Shown: one piece after another, positions 22,701 to 29,352 of the stretch
Layout: each line of letters opens with the position of its first letter
How positions within the stretch are numbered: the stretch's first letter is position 1
IMG/VR virus record: IMGVR_UViG_3300020178_001420
Coordinates: 1-56,004 of that record
Strand: one strand, 5' to 3'
DNA from: a virus
Taxonomy: Duplodnaviria; Caudoviricetes
DNA: 56,004 nt
The notes under the pieces: model-generated
The model's input: the letters and a program-made list of their open reading frames with translations, nothing else
The model's database searches: none
Told to the model about the DNA's origin: nothing
Made by a program: the position numbers and the translations under genes

Positions 22701-24842
22701 AGATGTTGGATTGTAATACATGGTCAATGCCTTTTCATACATTGAATCTGGCAAGTCACCAAATACCATTGCTTTATTTTTTAGATTTGCTTTTTGTGAT
22801 TTTGATTTTAAATAAGACGGTAAAGAGCTCCTAGCTATATCTCTTTCCCTAGCAGCTTGCTGCTCCAAATTATCCATTATAGATCTCTGCTCGTTAGACA
22901 TTTGGGAATAATTACTATCCCATCTTGATTTTTTTCTTGAAGCAAAATTAGGAATTAAACCCCCGTTAGCATAAGGATTAAATCCATGTTTATTTTTAAA
23001 ATTGTTTTTATATTCTTTCCCTGCTCTACTTCTTTCTGGAGGGATAATTGCAGGTTGTTTCATCCCAGGGAATTTCTTGATCTTTTCAGCGCTGTTATAA
23101 ATAATTTGACCTAATCCAGAAACATTCATTGACTTAACGGACCCAGCTGTATATCCTCCTTTTTTAGCTCCATTTTTTTCAGCTATCCTTTCTGATGGGC
23201 TTACATAGTTAGGAACATGTCCTCCACTTCTAATCTTACTTAAGCTTGGTCCGTAACCAGCCCTAGAGATAGCTGGAGCTATAGATCTTGCAGCGGCAGC
23301 TATTTTCATCTGTTCTCGGCTCTGAGCTTGAAGAATAGAAAGTATTGTTTTTTCTTGAGCCGCTCTATTTCCTTCTTGGGATAGTATTCTTTTTTGAAGG
23401 TTTGAATTTTCTCCTAATACTCCAACTATTGATTGCTGTATCTGTCTTTGCTGCTCTGTTGTAGAAACTATTCCCAGTAATTCTTTAGCACTTCCTGCTA
23501 AAAATTTAAAAGTTGTCCTGAATAACTTAGCAAATAAACCTATTCCAATAACCAAGCCTGGGCCAGAAATCACATTACCTATTCCCTTTAATGCTCCCTT
23601 CATGAAATCTGCCCCAGCACTTTCACCATCTTCTTTTGAAAGTAAATCACTTAAACTGCTAAGGTTATCTCTTATTAGGGTTAAATAAGTTGTTATATTA
23701 TCGCTAAATGCTATATTTCCAGCCAGTGCTGTCAGTTCCTTAATCACGGTTCCTGTTTGGTCTGCTAGTGCAGACATAGATCGATTTAAAATTTCATTTT
23801 TCTTATAAGCTTCATCTGTTGCCTGAGATGCTATTTGAGTTGCTCTTGCTAAAATGCTATTTTCATCAGATAAATCTTTAATTGCTGCCTTCAAAATGTT
23901 GATTTGAAATACCCCACCAACTTGTTCCGCTACAGCAGCTTTTGTTGTGTCAGTTAAACCCTCATATGTTTTTGAAAGATTTTCTAAAACAGTTATTGCG
24001 GGTAATGTGTTACCAGCTATGTCTCTTACAGCTATGCCAAGCTCTTCTAACCTCTTAATAGTGCTAGATCTTTGCACCCTTGTGAAAATAGTTTTAAAAC
24101 TATTACCAATAACTTTACCTCCTCTTGCAGTTGCTTGCTGAGCTGCCGTAACCGCACCTAATAGTTGATCAAAACTCACTCCCGCATCATTTGCTACGGC
24201 TCCAGCTCTAGAAACTCCATCGATTAAGTCTTCAGTACTAACTGCAAACTGAACATCAACAGCAGCCATTTTGCTTAAAATTCTTGTAGAATCCAATCCT
24301 GCCTTGTTGAATGTGTTTAATGCGGCTGTAAGTCCACTTACAGCACTAGCCGCATCCAACCCAGTCAGTCTTGTTAAAATAAGAGCATCATTAGTCCTCT
24401 TCAAGGTTTCTTCCATGGTTAAACCTTGACGAGCCAATTCAGTTGCCGCAGTTGCTACAGTCCCAAAGCTTTGAGCTGTATTTTTTGCAACCTTGAATAG
24501 TCCACTTGAGAATTCCTCTAGTTGCCTATTGGTTAAACCCATAACAACATTTATTTCCGTCATGCTCTTTTCGACCTGCATAGCGGATTTAACTAAATTA
24601 GCAAATGCACTTTGTACACCATTAATGATTCCAACCGACGCCCCGAAAGCTAAAACCCGAGCATTAGACGCTTCTAAAGATTTATTAAATTCACTAACAG
24701 ATCCTGTGATTTTACCTAAAGCTCCTGTGAATTTTCTATCATTAATATTAAGATGTATACCTCCTTTGGAGTTAAATCTTCTTACGGCCTGATTGATAGA
24801 TTGCTCTAGGCCAATTTGTACTGTTTCAATTTTTATCGGCAT
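13719..24842 (-). CDS. Tail tape measure protein (TP901-family N-terminal domain) with large modular insertion
   Basis: N-terminal TMP domain (ELARQG..., GNSFKTIFTRV, LEELGI), Ala/Gly-rich hydrophobic segments, coiled coils, C-terminal GGSGVRDDVPAMLTGGEYVI motif; lies between major tail and tail tip genes. Confidence 0.93.
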   Translation of the reverse strand: MPIKIETVQIGLEQSINQAVRRFNSKGGIHLNINDRKFTGALGKITGSVSEFNKSLEASNARVLAFGASVGIINGVQSAFANLVKSAMQVEKSMTEINVVMGLTNRQLEEFSSGLFKVAKNTAQSFGTVATAATELARQGLTMEETLKRTNDALILTRLTGLDAASAVSGLTAALNTFNKAGLDSTRILSKMAAVDVQFAVSTEDLIDGVSRAGAVANDAGVSFDQLLGAVTAAQQATARGGKVIGNSFKTIFTRVQRSSTIKRLEELGIAVRDIAGNTLPAITVLENLSKTYEGLTDTTKAAVAEQVGGVFQINILKAAIKDLSDENSILARATQIASQATDEAYKKNEILNRSMSALADQTGTVIKELTALAGNIAFSDNITTYLTLIRDNLSSLSDLLSKEDGESAGADFMKGALKGIGNVISGPGLVIGIGLFAKLFRTTFKFLAGSAKELLGIVSTTEQQRQIQQSIVGVLGENSNLQKRILSQEGNRAAQEKTILSILQAQSREQMKIAAAARSIAPAISRAGYGPSLSKIRSGGHVPNYVSPSERIAEKNGAKKGGYTAGSVKSMNVSGLGQIIYNSAEKIKKFPGMKQPAIIPPERSRAGKEYKNNFKNKHGFNPYANGGLIPNFASRKKSRWDSNYSQMSNEQRSIMDNLEQQAARERDIARSSLPSYLKSKSQKANLKNKAMVFGDLPDSMYEKALTMYYNPTSYYQRPGKVIPGQLFANTIIPNTMLQSLNTQRPGVIPNFAYKATPANVAAGLIYGKRRATGLSLNDGTDRTLSDVWHSFSASMRTKSELDSVRTLIHRKFLKNASPGFLKQVEDSLKLYGNNVPQTWSMGPKDGYLNGMVYDLNTKRAAVRNKRIKDLGDRKLQIPNFSAFSFDKNLNEQSLVRSLLSSTFDFPKKTGVFDPYSEEKRLLNNTDALKYLDKSSLQSILKTFIKNADANILEFKGSYTGIPINQYKSLFEGDSTYGMRNISSARKREILSSPGVLNSFYSYLTGKSSSININSGLNSSEKKFFRDKYGAVPAMKHSEDGFSKTRADNLSLLREDFFGTKGVRSKVRKNVKGMLGDPSRRSNLLSENKFMEFYGKSSSLDDRPKSNRMILGYDPEQWITKARPVGMQLAQLYKSFTPSKSASSMTGKSGYFGELSGRFRGDQLKTLKAVQETVMQNVNASQSSKYLDKFLPSLIPGQFEKMLDGVGPEEAERKLFKRSSRFFGQRDIVDDFFDKRRAKAFKRFGFADGFVPNFIPLRINASQKRSAAVSKSGHDGVIGMSELDNIIKNHLYKSVKYHPLKGGDPITYVGRHGVHKYKKGAPPPKGFDSWDDFDRTANVGRTRVLHIPSAGPGDKGYRRVHLDRIESVVHRGKKLLVDPNMAAAGLIPNFAKFRVKTQQFGGEDGPFGPPKQVQFSSFVGDKKFVKSQATEIDDPKRPGKTGLQVIFTGESDQALRGKGYGRQLYEFMARYAKKSGYTGLYGDMTTSKSAMRVIDSIAKKGKFKVEKNKDLKFSKDELEPEGNWGSDSWTYKMSNQGHVPNYALFSSKAKDILNSNPGYAGAVADAVSREASFGVTPKVVSAPSLKSSRNPGLAVVNKEQEGGSLAKARALHGGLNPNQKTSMPNYALDLGDVINVRRQAAGAVRAEGLNMMERSFMEARNSINLFSASTKRGAQYLNRIANSFGKTTNLIKEYNLKESARVGLMGKESLDRRQFAKQMFRAEALQSVAQKGGAVGALAAQFANQGPRELEKSLATAQALALKNISKGTNVEQNKETLRTLNALNRNLDTQAKQMMNMPLTTARAMDKALKAESKVRSQSRVFEERGKGFNKNEARKFYAQSFLESKGIQTQDKKEANKIIASMGTSARREFSSFMKEQGVLSSNKSLAMAGFRSGEFGGLVRGNAKPFLGKLDAFTKALQSGNTKLANNLEKQLRNDASSSARNLTAISTLQGATSAIRETVKQDQSRRRSESSASKARNNLASRETGVKGFGQRLLGSFQAGYLGQNISRGAGGGIANRAGRIGGFLKDPTKQFANGLKGFGGSVGLGASFILPALAGFLENKVSREDRATLKDGSYRVSDTGALPSTLVGAGMGAIFGLPGAIVGGAAGFISSMQKATLTIDEQIRMREKEISVTSQNIQAISNIQRMSSARAEAFGRGDTMSLDRIDSSINQMMSNITDPKILKRVAQSGGDPLTLSKIEKELSDQTAVATSIQNFGMALRTGNAGNAGVAISSIMAQNIRNGKTTESQVFSTLDAIKTSLETRTATGKQLDPETMKNLRATAEGRQGFTSTGTLAGGAIGVGAGIGAAALIGGSALLTALTGGLASPLLMASIGAGVGAYAGRQVETGGFFGIGGAQKELKEYTDLGLDDLAEFDKLVDAGVMSREAVDQMMALFKEGNVSFAEIIEEAKKNVENFQKTRDASDAIASQLFNVSQKFKTTIAESIKAMEIDRIRTSGNIQNRQARSNFAAQFMSGRNATEFLSNEESRIFQMQASLKARTQDRENVVSLLRGVMSKEKELDLTAPQLDAVRRAVNSQGPGALQSMVTSRQLDAQIETKINQDRASKIFEIAGLNARGEGSIQMPNDPGELKAYLGVGTLEEQRAAIETLVKNYESIVNQGGDLLVSFSKSIGPEQAKMLQEMLNQTYDKSDVLAESIAADKRNLELTNQINKIQSKIQGMLEDRSSSIGLFEARSDLSLMRAEGRASSNISKLEFQQSPIFRGMRTDEQEIKRQDSIQRKIFEEEKALKQSEMLSNFKRDALRLMSERDLINSLNKLGDTIKDELAPDGGETSRNNLIIPDGSKTNVSVNKGGGIPGISRPRAPSDYIAQLGDKQGAKKGAVEQAGEARKLQASILDSKRKSLDALEKAFNLFKEDKNKGIFQPLTSAGDKLLKKYVGGSLSEGGANMPDLLKESYKVYAAGPGSSMISEGVRNIDSSDYEKVRDRLPEAIKEQKELVAAQEAVLADADKGLEKLNSELKDINTELKAASKQSSTPNQSSKTVIDKSRQANEAVTQQIKTFDNININLTEKYDEKIKEGTSIQGINDELNNMLSTIPSSDKNYNKFKNLVDTLKVFGDKYQETINQLTNQEFLRQAQRDIENFEGSLKFGKYSSGTIDKFRNLNQLDVEAQAGASAFDRAVEQLGRQKQYEVLARDPSASSAEVAEARIMANQQSIGTPDQLEKFSSMIDERTEKLAALSEVRQSQGYQSQDPASIQAADSLKSSIETLDKSMQNLASQMSRTTRRDGGFMGEFFPNMTDGLKSGFANVKSDAEQIYTRLGQDLPMQLRDGLADAMGVALSGADSFGNAMKKVGIQLINHIQQAVLKSASSRVLSAFGEITGLGYNYGGMVTGGSGVRDDVPAMLTGGEYVIKKSSVDKYGVHFLNNLNQGILGGYKDGGAVGLSIGAPFAAKREEYEDTNEYGSVTRYKVTRGEIGINKNLSSYAIANDRVIQEYFKDKENILRQDQQTAAQEKYREKVKDYQKKLEKNAMLGMLYGMVGGAVIGKVADFARQKYRESDFGQKRFKERSEKQYKRDGYIDVPGNSATSIYKNPDDRVAAHDYYDALRRYEGPQIAASEMARTGQRGQVTQNQVILRNKGGGVPSVLTSGEYVMNPQSVKKYGSNVMNQLNTGTLPVQGGSGSGSVSNISHGDVNININVDSGGGVSSSMSDPTKSASFAKKVKAAVMDVIAKEQRTGGRLR
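19959..23228 (-). repeat. Eight dispersed peptide repeats (G)Gx[IVM]PN[FY](A) inside the TMP
   Basis: GGHVPNYV ~23202-23228, GGLIPNFA ~22941-22964, PGVIPNFA ~22584-22607, LQIPNFS ~22197-22217, DGFVPNFI ~21078-21101, AGLIPNFA ~20670-20693, QGHVPNYA ~20214-20237, TSMPNYA ~19962-19982. Confidence 0.9.
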
Positions 24843-24859
24843 GCCTTATTCCTTACAAA

Positions 24860-24869
24860 GGAATTACAC
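24860..24869 (-). promoter_or_regulatory. Putative late promoter motif (GTGTAATTCC) upstream of TMP
   Basis: Same GTGTA+AT-rich motif found before several other structural genes; lies just downstream of a terminator. Confidence 0.55.
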
Positions 24870-24879
24870 ATAAATAAAC

Positions 24880-24905
24880 AAAAAAGCCCTCTTAAAGAGG
24901 GCTTT
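24880..24905 (-). terminator. Rho-independent terminator after major tail gene
   Basis: Inverted repeat AAAGCCCTCT-TAA-AGAGGGCTTT with a T-run on the minus strand. Confidence 0.85.
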
Positions 24906-24926
24906 AATGATTGGCTTGAAACCAAA

Positions 24927-26609
24927 TTACATGCCTGGAATTTGAGCTTTTGCAGGTATCGAGTTTTGATTCGCACCTGATATAAATACTCCGTGAATCA
25001 AATCTTCTGCCCCACCGAGTTGTGTAGTCCAAGTTAAATCTATACTTTTATTGCTTCCAATATCTGAGCTGATTGATTCGCTATCAAGCTTAGCTCCTTT
25101 GAAGTCTATAACCATAGCATCAATTTTCTTTGTTTGACAAGGAGATTGGCCTTTTAACTTAATTCTAACATCGTATTCTCCACAATCATCTAACAGCTTT
25201 GCTAAGTTGCCTGTGCCAATTTCTGAAATTATCGCATTAACACTCATTGTTGCTACGATTGGTAAATCTACGACACGAGCAAACGCATATCTAGAACCTA
25301 TTCTATCGATAGGGGTTCTTGATAAAGGCAGCGACAAATTAAAACTCTGAATATGGGCCGAGCCTTCACCTTCAATATCTGTGAATAAACCTAGTTCTTG
25401 TGGGAACTCTAATTGTATATCTCCAGGCCTTAATACTGTTAAGGCACTTGCTCCGAATTCTCCTGTAGATGGGTTAGCTCCCTTAGAGTCTCCACGATTA
25501 ATTTCTGCATGACCTAATGTGAAATTAATTCCTTCAATAGGGGTTCCTTCGACCAAATCGATGGATGGAACTTGTATGCCAGTTGTTCCTGCATCAGATT
25601 TTGCATTAAACAATTCTACCGTACTTGAAACCGTTGGTATTGAGCCAACAGATGCTTCAAAAGAGTAATCACTAACATATCCATTACCAAGACCAATTAC
25701 AGATTTTCCATCGTTTCCTACGGTTGTGTTAAATGCGTCTGTGTTTTCTGGAGTGGTTAATATGAAAAAGTTTTGACCAGCATTTTCTTCACTAACATGA
25801 TTCATTGCTGCATTCTTTTGAGCACTTCTGCTTGGGTCATTTGCATTATTAACATAAAAATTTAAATTTCTTTCGTTGAACCCGTCTGTAGGATAATAAG
25901 AAAAGTCTAAATTTACTGTTGGTGGCTCCAGTGATATCGCATCAATTCTAGCTAATTGCCCGAAAACATTAACATCAGTCCTATTTATAGTGAAACTATA
26001 ATTAGCGCTTTGAACTCTGTGTATTTGCTGGACTAAATTTTCATAACTTCCATTCCATGGCTGAACAGAAACACCAACCCCAACATTATTCGCATCAGCA
26101 ATGTCATTATAGTAACCGCTCAATGCTGTATTCCAAGCATCTACATCATCATACAAATTCAAGCCGCTAATTTCAGCAAAGTCGACTGGATTGGTTTTAT
26201 TGGATGTTGCCCCGTTTCCGTCAGAACTAAATTGTAAACCATTGGGCCATCCAGCAGAACGGAAAAAAGGATCTGTATTTACAACTGTGCCAGTTAATCC
26301 AGTAACATATGCATAAATTGCACTAGCCGCTGATCCACTTAAATATGTCAGGTCTTCATCACCAGCGGCCACACTAGTGGACTTTAATATCGCTGGGTCT
26401 TGACGTAGCCCGATTGGATTAATAAAACTTAAATAGCCTACCGCGTTTCCAGAACCTCCAAATTGAGGATGGGATGGAGGTGTATTACCAGGATTTGTTC
26501 CTGTCGGACCCATTCCCGTTTGAAGTGCCAAGCAGGAGAAATGCGCTCCTGTAGCATCTGGACTTACAAATAAAGCTTCGCTTTGATAAATTACTCTGTT
26601 TCTAGCCAT
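24927..26609 (-). CDS. Major tail tube protein
   Basis: Upstream of TMP and followed by a terminator. Beta-rich with two internal repeats (VQSANYSFTINRTDVNVFG / IQSFNLSLPLSRTPIDRIG). Confidence 0.78.
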   Translation of the reverse strand: MARNRVIYQSEALFVSPDATGAHFSCLALQTGMGPTGTNPGNTPPSHPQFGGSGNAVGYLSFINPIGLRQDPAILKSTSVAAGDEDLTYLSGSAASAIYAYVTGLTGTVVNTDPFFRSAGWPNGLQFSSDGNGATSNKTNPVDFAEISGLNLYDDVDAWNTALSGYYNDIADANNVGVGVSVQPWNGSYENLVQQIHRVQSANYSFTINRTDVNVFGQLARIDAISLEPPTVNLDFSYYPTDGFNERNLNFYVNNANDPSRSAQKNAAMNHVSEENAGQNFFILTTPENTDAFNTTVGNDGKSVIGLGNGYVSDYSFEASVGSIPTVSSTVELFNAKSDAGTTGIQVPSIDLVEGTPIEGINFTLGHAEINRGDSKGANPSTGEFGASALTVLRPGDIQLEFPQELGLFTDIEGEGSAHIQSFNLSLPLSRTPIDRIGSRYAFARVVDLPIVATMSVNAIISEIGTGNLAKLLDDCGEYDVRIKLKGQSPCQTKKIDAMVIDFKGAKLDSESISSDIGSNKSIDLTWTTQLGGAEDLIHGVFISGANQNSIPAKAQIPGM

Positions 26610-26688
26610 GATAATTTTAGATTAAATGTATATTGTGTTGTACTTCTAATTACAGACAAGTCCTTTCAATGTGAAATTTTTTATTAAT

Positions 26689-27546
26689 TTAATATAATCT
26701 AGGATACCTTAATTTAGATACTTCAAAATCTAAAAAACCTATATACAATGTTGGTGATATAACTTGAGACATGTTTTCGCTTATTTTTGAAGTGGTAACT
26801 CTTTCTATGAAAAATAAACTATCTTTCCTTTGTTCTTGTAAATCTTCATAACTATATGAACTCGATTTTAAATCTCCGTATTCATTAATAGGGTGATCCG
26901 AAAAACTCAACTCTGCAAAACAGCAATCCCTTGTGTCCGCAAATAATGAAATCATTCCATCTAGTTGATATAAATTTTCCGCAAAAACAACTACTTTAAA
27001 AGTTAAGTTTGTTTTGTTTTCGCCTCCAAATGCAAAAGGTTCGTTTTCTATGAATTCATTGTTTATAAATACAGCAGGCACAACAAAATCATAAGGAGCT
27101 ATCCCGCTCTCAGGAACATAGAACCTGCTATTGGTATCAAATTTAGTCTCTATAATTAATGATTCCTCACTCTGGTTTGTATTGTATATGTTGAAATCTT
27201 TTGTAGCAAAACTTCCGTTTATTTGCATATGTTCGTTAGTAGCATTACCAGTAAACACGACTCCTCCATTAAAAAAATCTATAAAATAACCATTGTTGGG
27301 GTCTGATTTATCTATAGGACCACTTGCATTAGATATATATTCAGGCACATTTACTCCATCTATTGATTCATGAACCCATTGTTTGTATGGGCTACTATAT
27401 CTATAAAATCCATCAGGTAATCTTTCGTCTTCTATATAATACAGCTTAGTATCAAAATTTTTATATGCTTCTCCGTGTTTCAACATCCAATGTTCAAACC
27501 ATAAAGTAAAACTAGTTGTAGCGTTATGTCCAAAATTATTTTTCAT
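26689..27546 (-). CDS. Putative tail terminator / neck protein
   Basis: Immediately upstream of the major tail gene; PAVFI...EPFAFGG...VVFAEN...LDG pattern resembles tail-terminator folds. Confidence 0.5.
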   Translation of the reverse strand: MKNNFGHNATTSFTLWFEHWMLKHGEAYKNFDTKLYYIEDERLPDGFYRYSSPYKQWVHESIDGVNVPEYISNASGPIDKSDPNNGYFIDFFNGGVVFTGNATNEHMQINGSFATKDFNIYNTNQSEESLIIETKFDTNSRFYVPESGIAPYDFVVPAVFINNEFIENEPFAFGGENKTNLTFKVVVFAENLYQLDGMISLFADTRDCCFAELSFSDHPINEYGDLKSSSYSYEDLQEQRKDSLFFIERVTTSKISENMSQVISPTLYIGFLDFEVSKLRYPRLY

Positions 27547-28208
27547 TAAATTTTGATTTTCCTTAAATCATTAATAGATGTTCTAAAATTTTTTAATATA
27601 GCAGATATGTATGGGGCCCTTTTGTATCTTGACCTTTGTAATGAAATCGCTCCACCTGTGCTTTCACCCCCAAAAGCGGATTGAGATTTCTTCCCTCCTT
27701 TTAATTGAATCGCTGGGCCAGATCTTGATTTAGATATACTTTTACCTTTTTCATAAAAATAATAACCTAGCCCAGATAAACCTGTCTCAATACCGTCTAC
27801 CCAACTTCTTCCCCCTGATATTTCATTTCTAAAATCAGAAATTTTTGTTATCGAGAATATTTCTTCCCTAGAAGGCTCTGTAGTAATAAATTGAAAAACC
27901 CCTTTAGAATACCCTATAAATTGCAATTTTGTCTCACTCAATCTTTCTTCAATTGGCTTAATAGGATCATGACCATCTGGAAAACCTATAAAGGTGTATA
28001 AGTTACCATATCCGCCTAAAGTATTGCTTGAGTTAGATGCGTTTACGCCTCCTTGAATTTCAACAGTAACAGGGTGACTTAAAAATTCATCAATCATGTT
28101 CATCTTTAATGCTTCAAATTGTTGATGGATTCTTTTTTTTACTTGAGCTCCGATTTCTTTCGGTAATTGTTTATTTATAGAATCTTGAACGTCTCTAGGT
28201 AGTCTCAT
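27546..28208 (-). CDS. Putative neck / tail completion protein
   Basis: Position in the head-tail module; basic, Gly-rich C-terminus ending R.PYIS, as in HK97 gp10-like proteins. Confidence 0.45.
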   Translation of the reverse strand: MRLPRDVQDSINKQLPKEIGAQVKKRIHQQFEALKMNMIDEFLSHPVTVEIQGGVNASNSSNTLGGYGNLYTFIGFPDGHDPIKPIEERLSETKLQFIGYSKGVFQFITTEPSREEIFSITKISDFRNEISGGRSWVDGIETGLSGLGYYFYEKGKSISKSRSGPAIQLKGGKKSQSAFGGESTGGAISLQRSRYKRAPYISAILKNFRTSINDLRKIKI

Positions 28209-28217
28209 GATACAACT

Positions 28218-28229
28218 TATATATTACAC
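28218..28229 (-). promoter_or_regulatory. Putative late promoter motif (GTGTAATATATA)
   Basis: 16 nt between GTGTA and the ATG at 28208. Confidence 0.6.
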
Positions 28230-28270
28230 TTTTTTTTGATTTTTATAAAAATTAATCAATAATATTATTA

Positions 28271-28573
28271 ATGAAAGACTATAGTAAAGAAATATTAGAA
28301 CAAAGATACGAAAAGAATATCAAAGACCTTTTTAAATCTTTCTTAGTTCTAATTGAGGACCTTCATCAAGACCACATAAATCATTTTTCTAAACTAGAAA
28401 AAGCAATACCCAAAGAATATTCCCATATAATTAATTTAGCAAATTATTTTGACGATGAAAAAAAACAATACTTAAGAAAAAAAGTTTTAGACATGGGGAA
28501 TTCTTCAGTAAGAAATCAAAGTGAAGATTTAGAAAAATTTACAGTAGTTTTTAACTTTAAAAATAGCAAATAA
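28271..28573 (+). CDS. Hypothetical protein
   Basis: 100-aa ORF, first of a three-gene plus-strand block. Confidence 0.75.
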   Translation: MKDYSKEILEQRYEKNIKDLFKSFLVLIEDLHQDHINHFSKLEKAIPKEYSHIINLANYFDDEKKQYLRKKVLDMGNSSVRNQSEDLEKFTVVFNFKNSK

Positions 28574-28590
28574 TATATATTATATAAAAC

Positions 28591-29352
28591 ATGAAAGAAA
28601 TTTACAGTTTTAACATTGAGGTCAATAGAGAAGTCACCGAAGAGGTGGCTAAAAAACGCAAGAATAAAGAAACAGGCAAAATGGAAGAGTATTTCGAAGA
28701 TAAGGTTGTGACGAAACCTGTTCCCGTAAAGATAATTATAAAAGAACCAAACCGAAAAGAACTCGAAGAAGCTGACATTGAATACAGCATCGAAATGAGT
28801 AAGTGCATTAAAAAGGGAATACTCACCAAAGCCATGCTCGCAAAAAAATATAGCGATTCGGGAGGTTTATTAAGCGAAGAAGATGCTCGACTATTAACTC
28901 GTCAATATGCTACACTAGGAGACCTTCAAAATAAATATTCTAGATTATCAGCTAAAACAAAAAAAGACCAGAAGGATGAAGACAAGTTAAGAGACCTGTT
29001 GGGGGAAATGGCTGAAGTCAGAAAAAGCATTGTTGAGATGGAGAGCAGTTATTCTTCCCTTTTTAATCACACGGCTGATAGTAAAGCTCAAAACAAAGTT
29101 ATTCTTTGGTATTTGGTAAACTTATCTTTTTACCAAGATAATGAATCGGATAATATTATTCCATTTTTCAATGCGGAAGAGTCTGAAGATAAAATAGATC
29201 AGTTTTATGAACTAGATGAAGAAGGTCATGAAATATTTGACATAGCTAAAGATAAAATTTCAGCTATATTAAGTTTTTGGTATTTTAGCACTAACGCCAC
29301 CAAAGAAGACTTTGACGCGGTAAATGATGATATAGACTCTGGCAATGTATGA
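28591..29352 (+). CDS. Hypothetical helical protein, possible tail assembly chaperone
   Basis: Long acidic helical ORF, similar to the next gene. Function inferred only from location. Confidence 0.5.
   Translation: MKEIYSFNIEVNREVTEEVAKKRKNKETGKMEEYFEDKVVTKPVPVKIIIKEPNRKELEEADIEYSIEMSKCIKKGILTKAMLAKKYSDSGGLLSEEDARLLTRQYATLGDLQNKYSRLSAKTKKDQKDEDKLRDLLGEMAEVRKSIVEMESSYSSLFNHTADSKAQNKVILWYLVNLSFYQDNESDNIIPFFNAEESEDKIDQFYELDEEGHEIFDIAKDKISAILSFWYFSTNATKEDFDAVNDDIDSGNV

Noticed and set aside
19959-23228. TMP repeats as a CRISPR-like or DNA-level repeat array, or as inteins
   Set aside because: Codons differ between copies, so conservation is at peptide level. Spacers are long and in frame, and no intein C...HN or LAGLIDADG motifs are visible.
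24843-24926. Looked for a G/GT frameshift chaperone between major tail gene and TMP
   Set aside because: Only 84 nt, occupied by a terminator and a promoter-like motif; no ORF.
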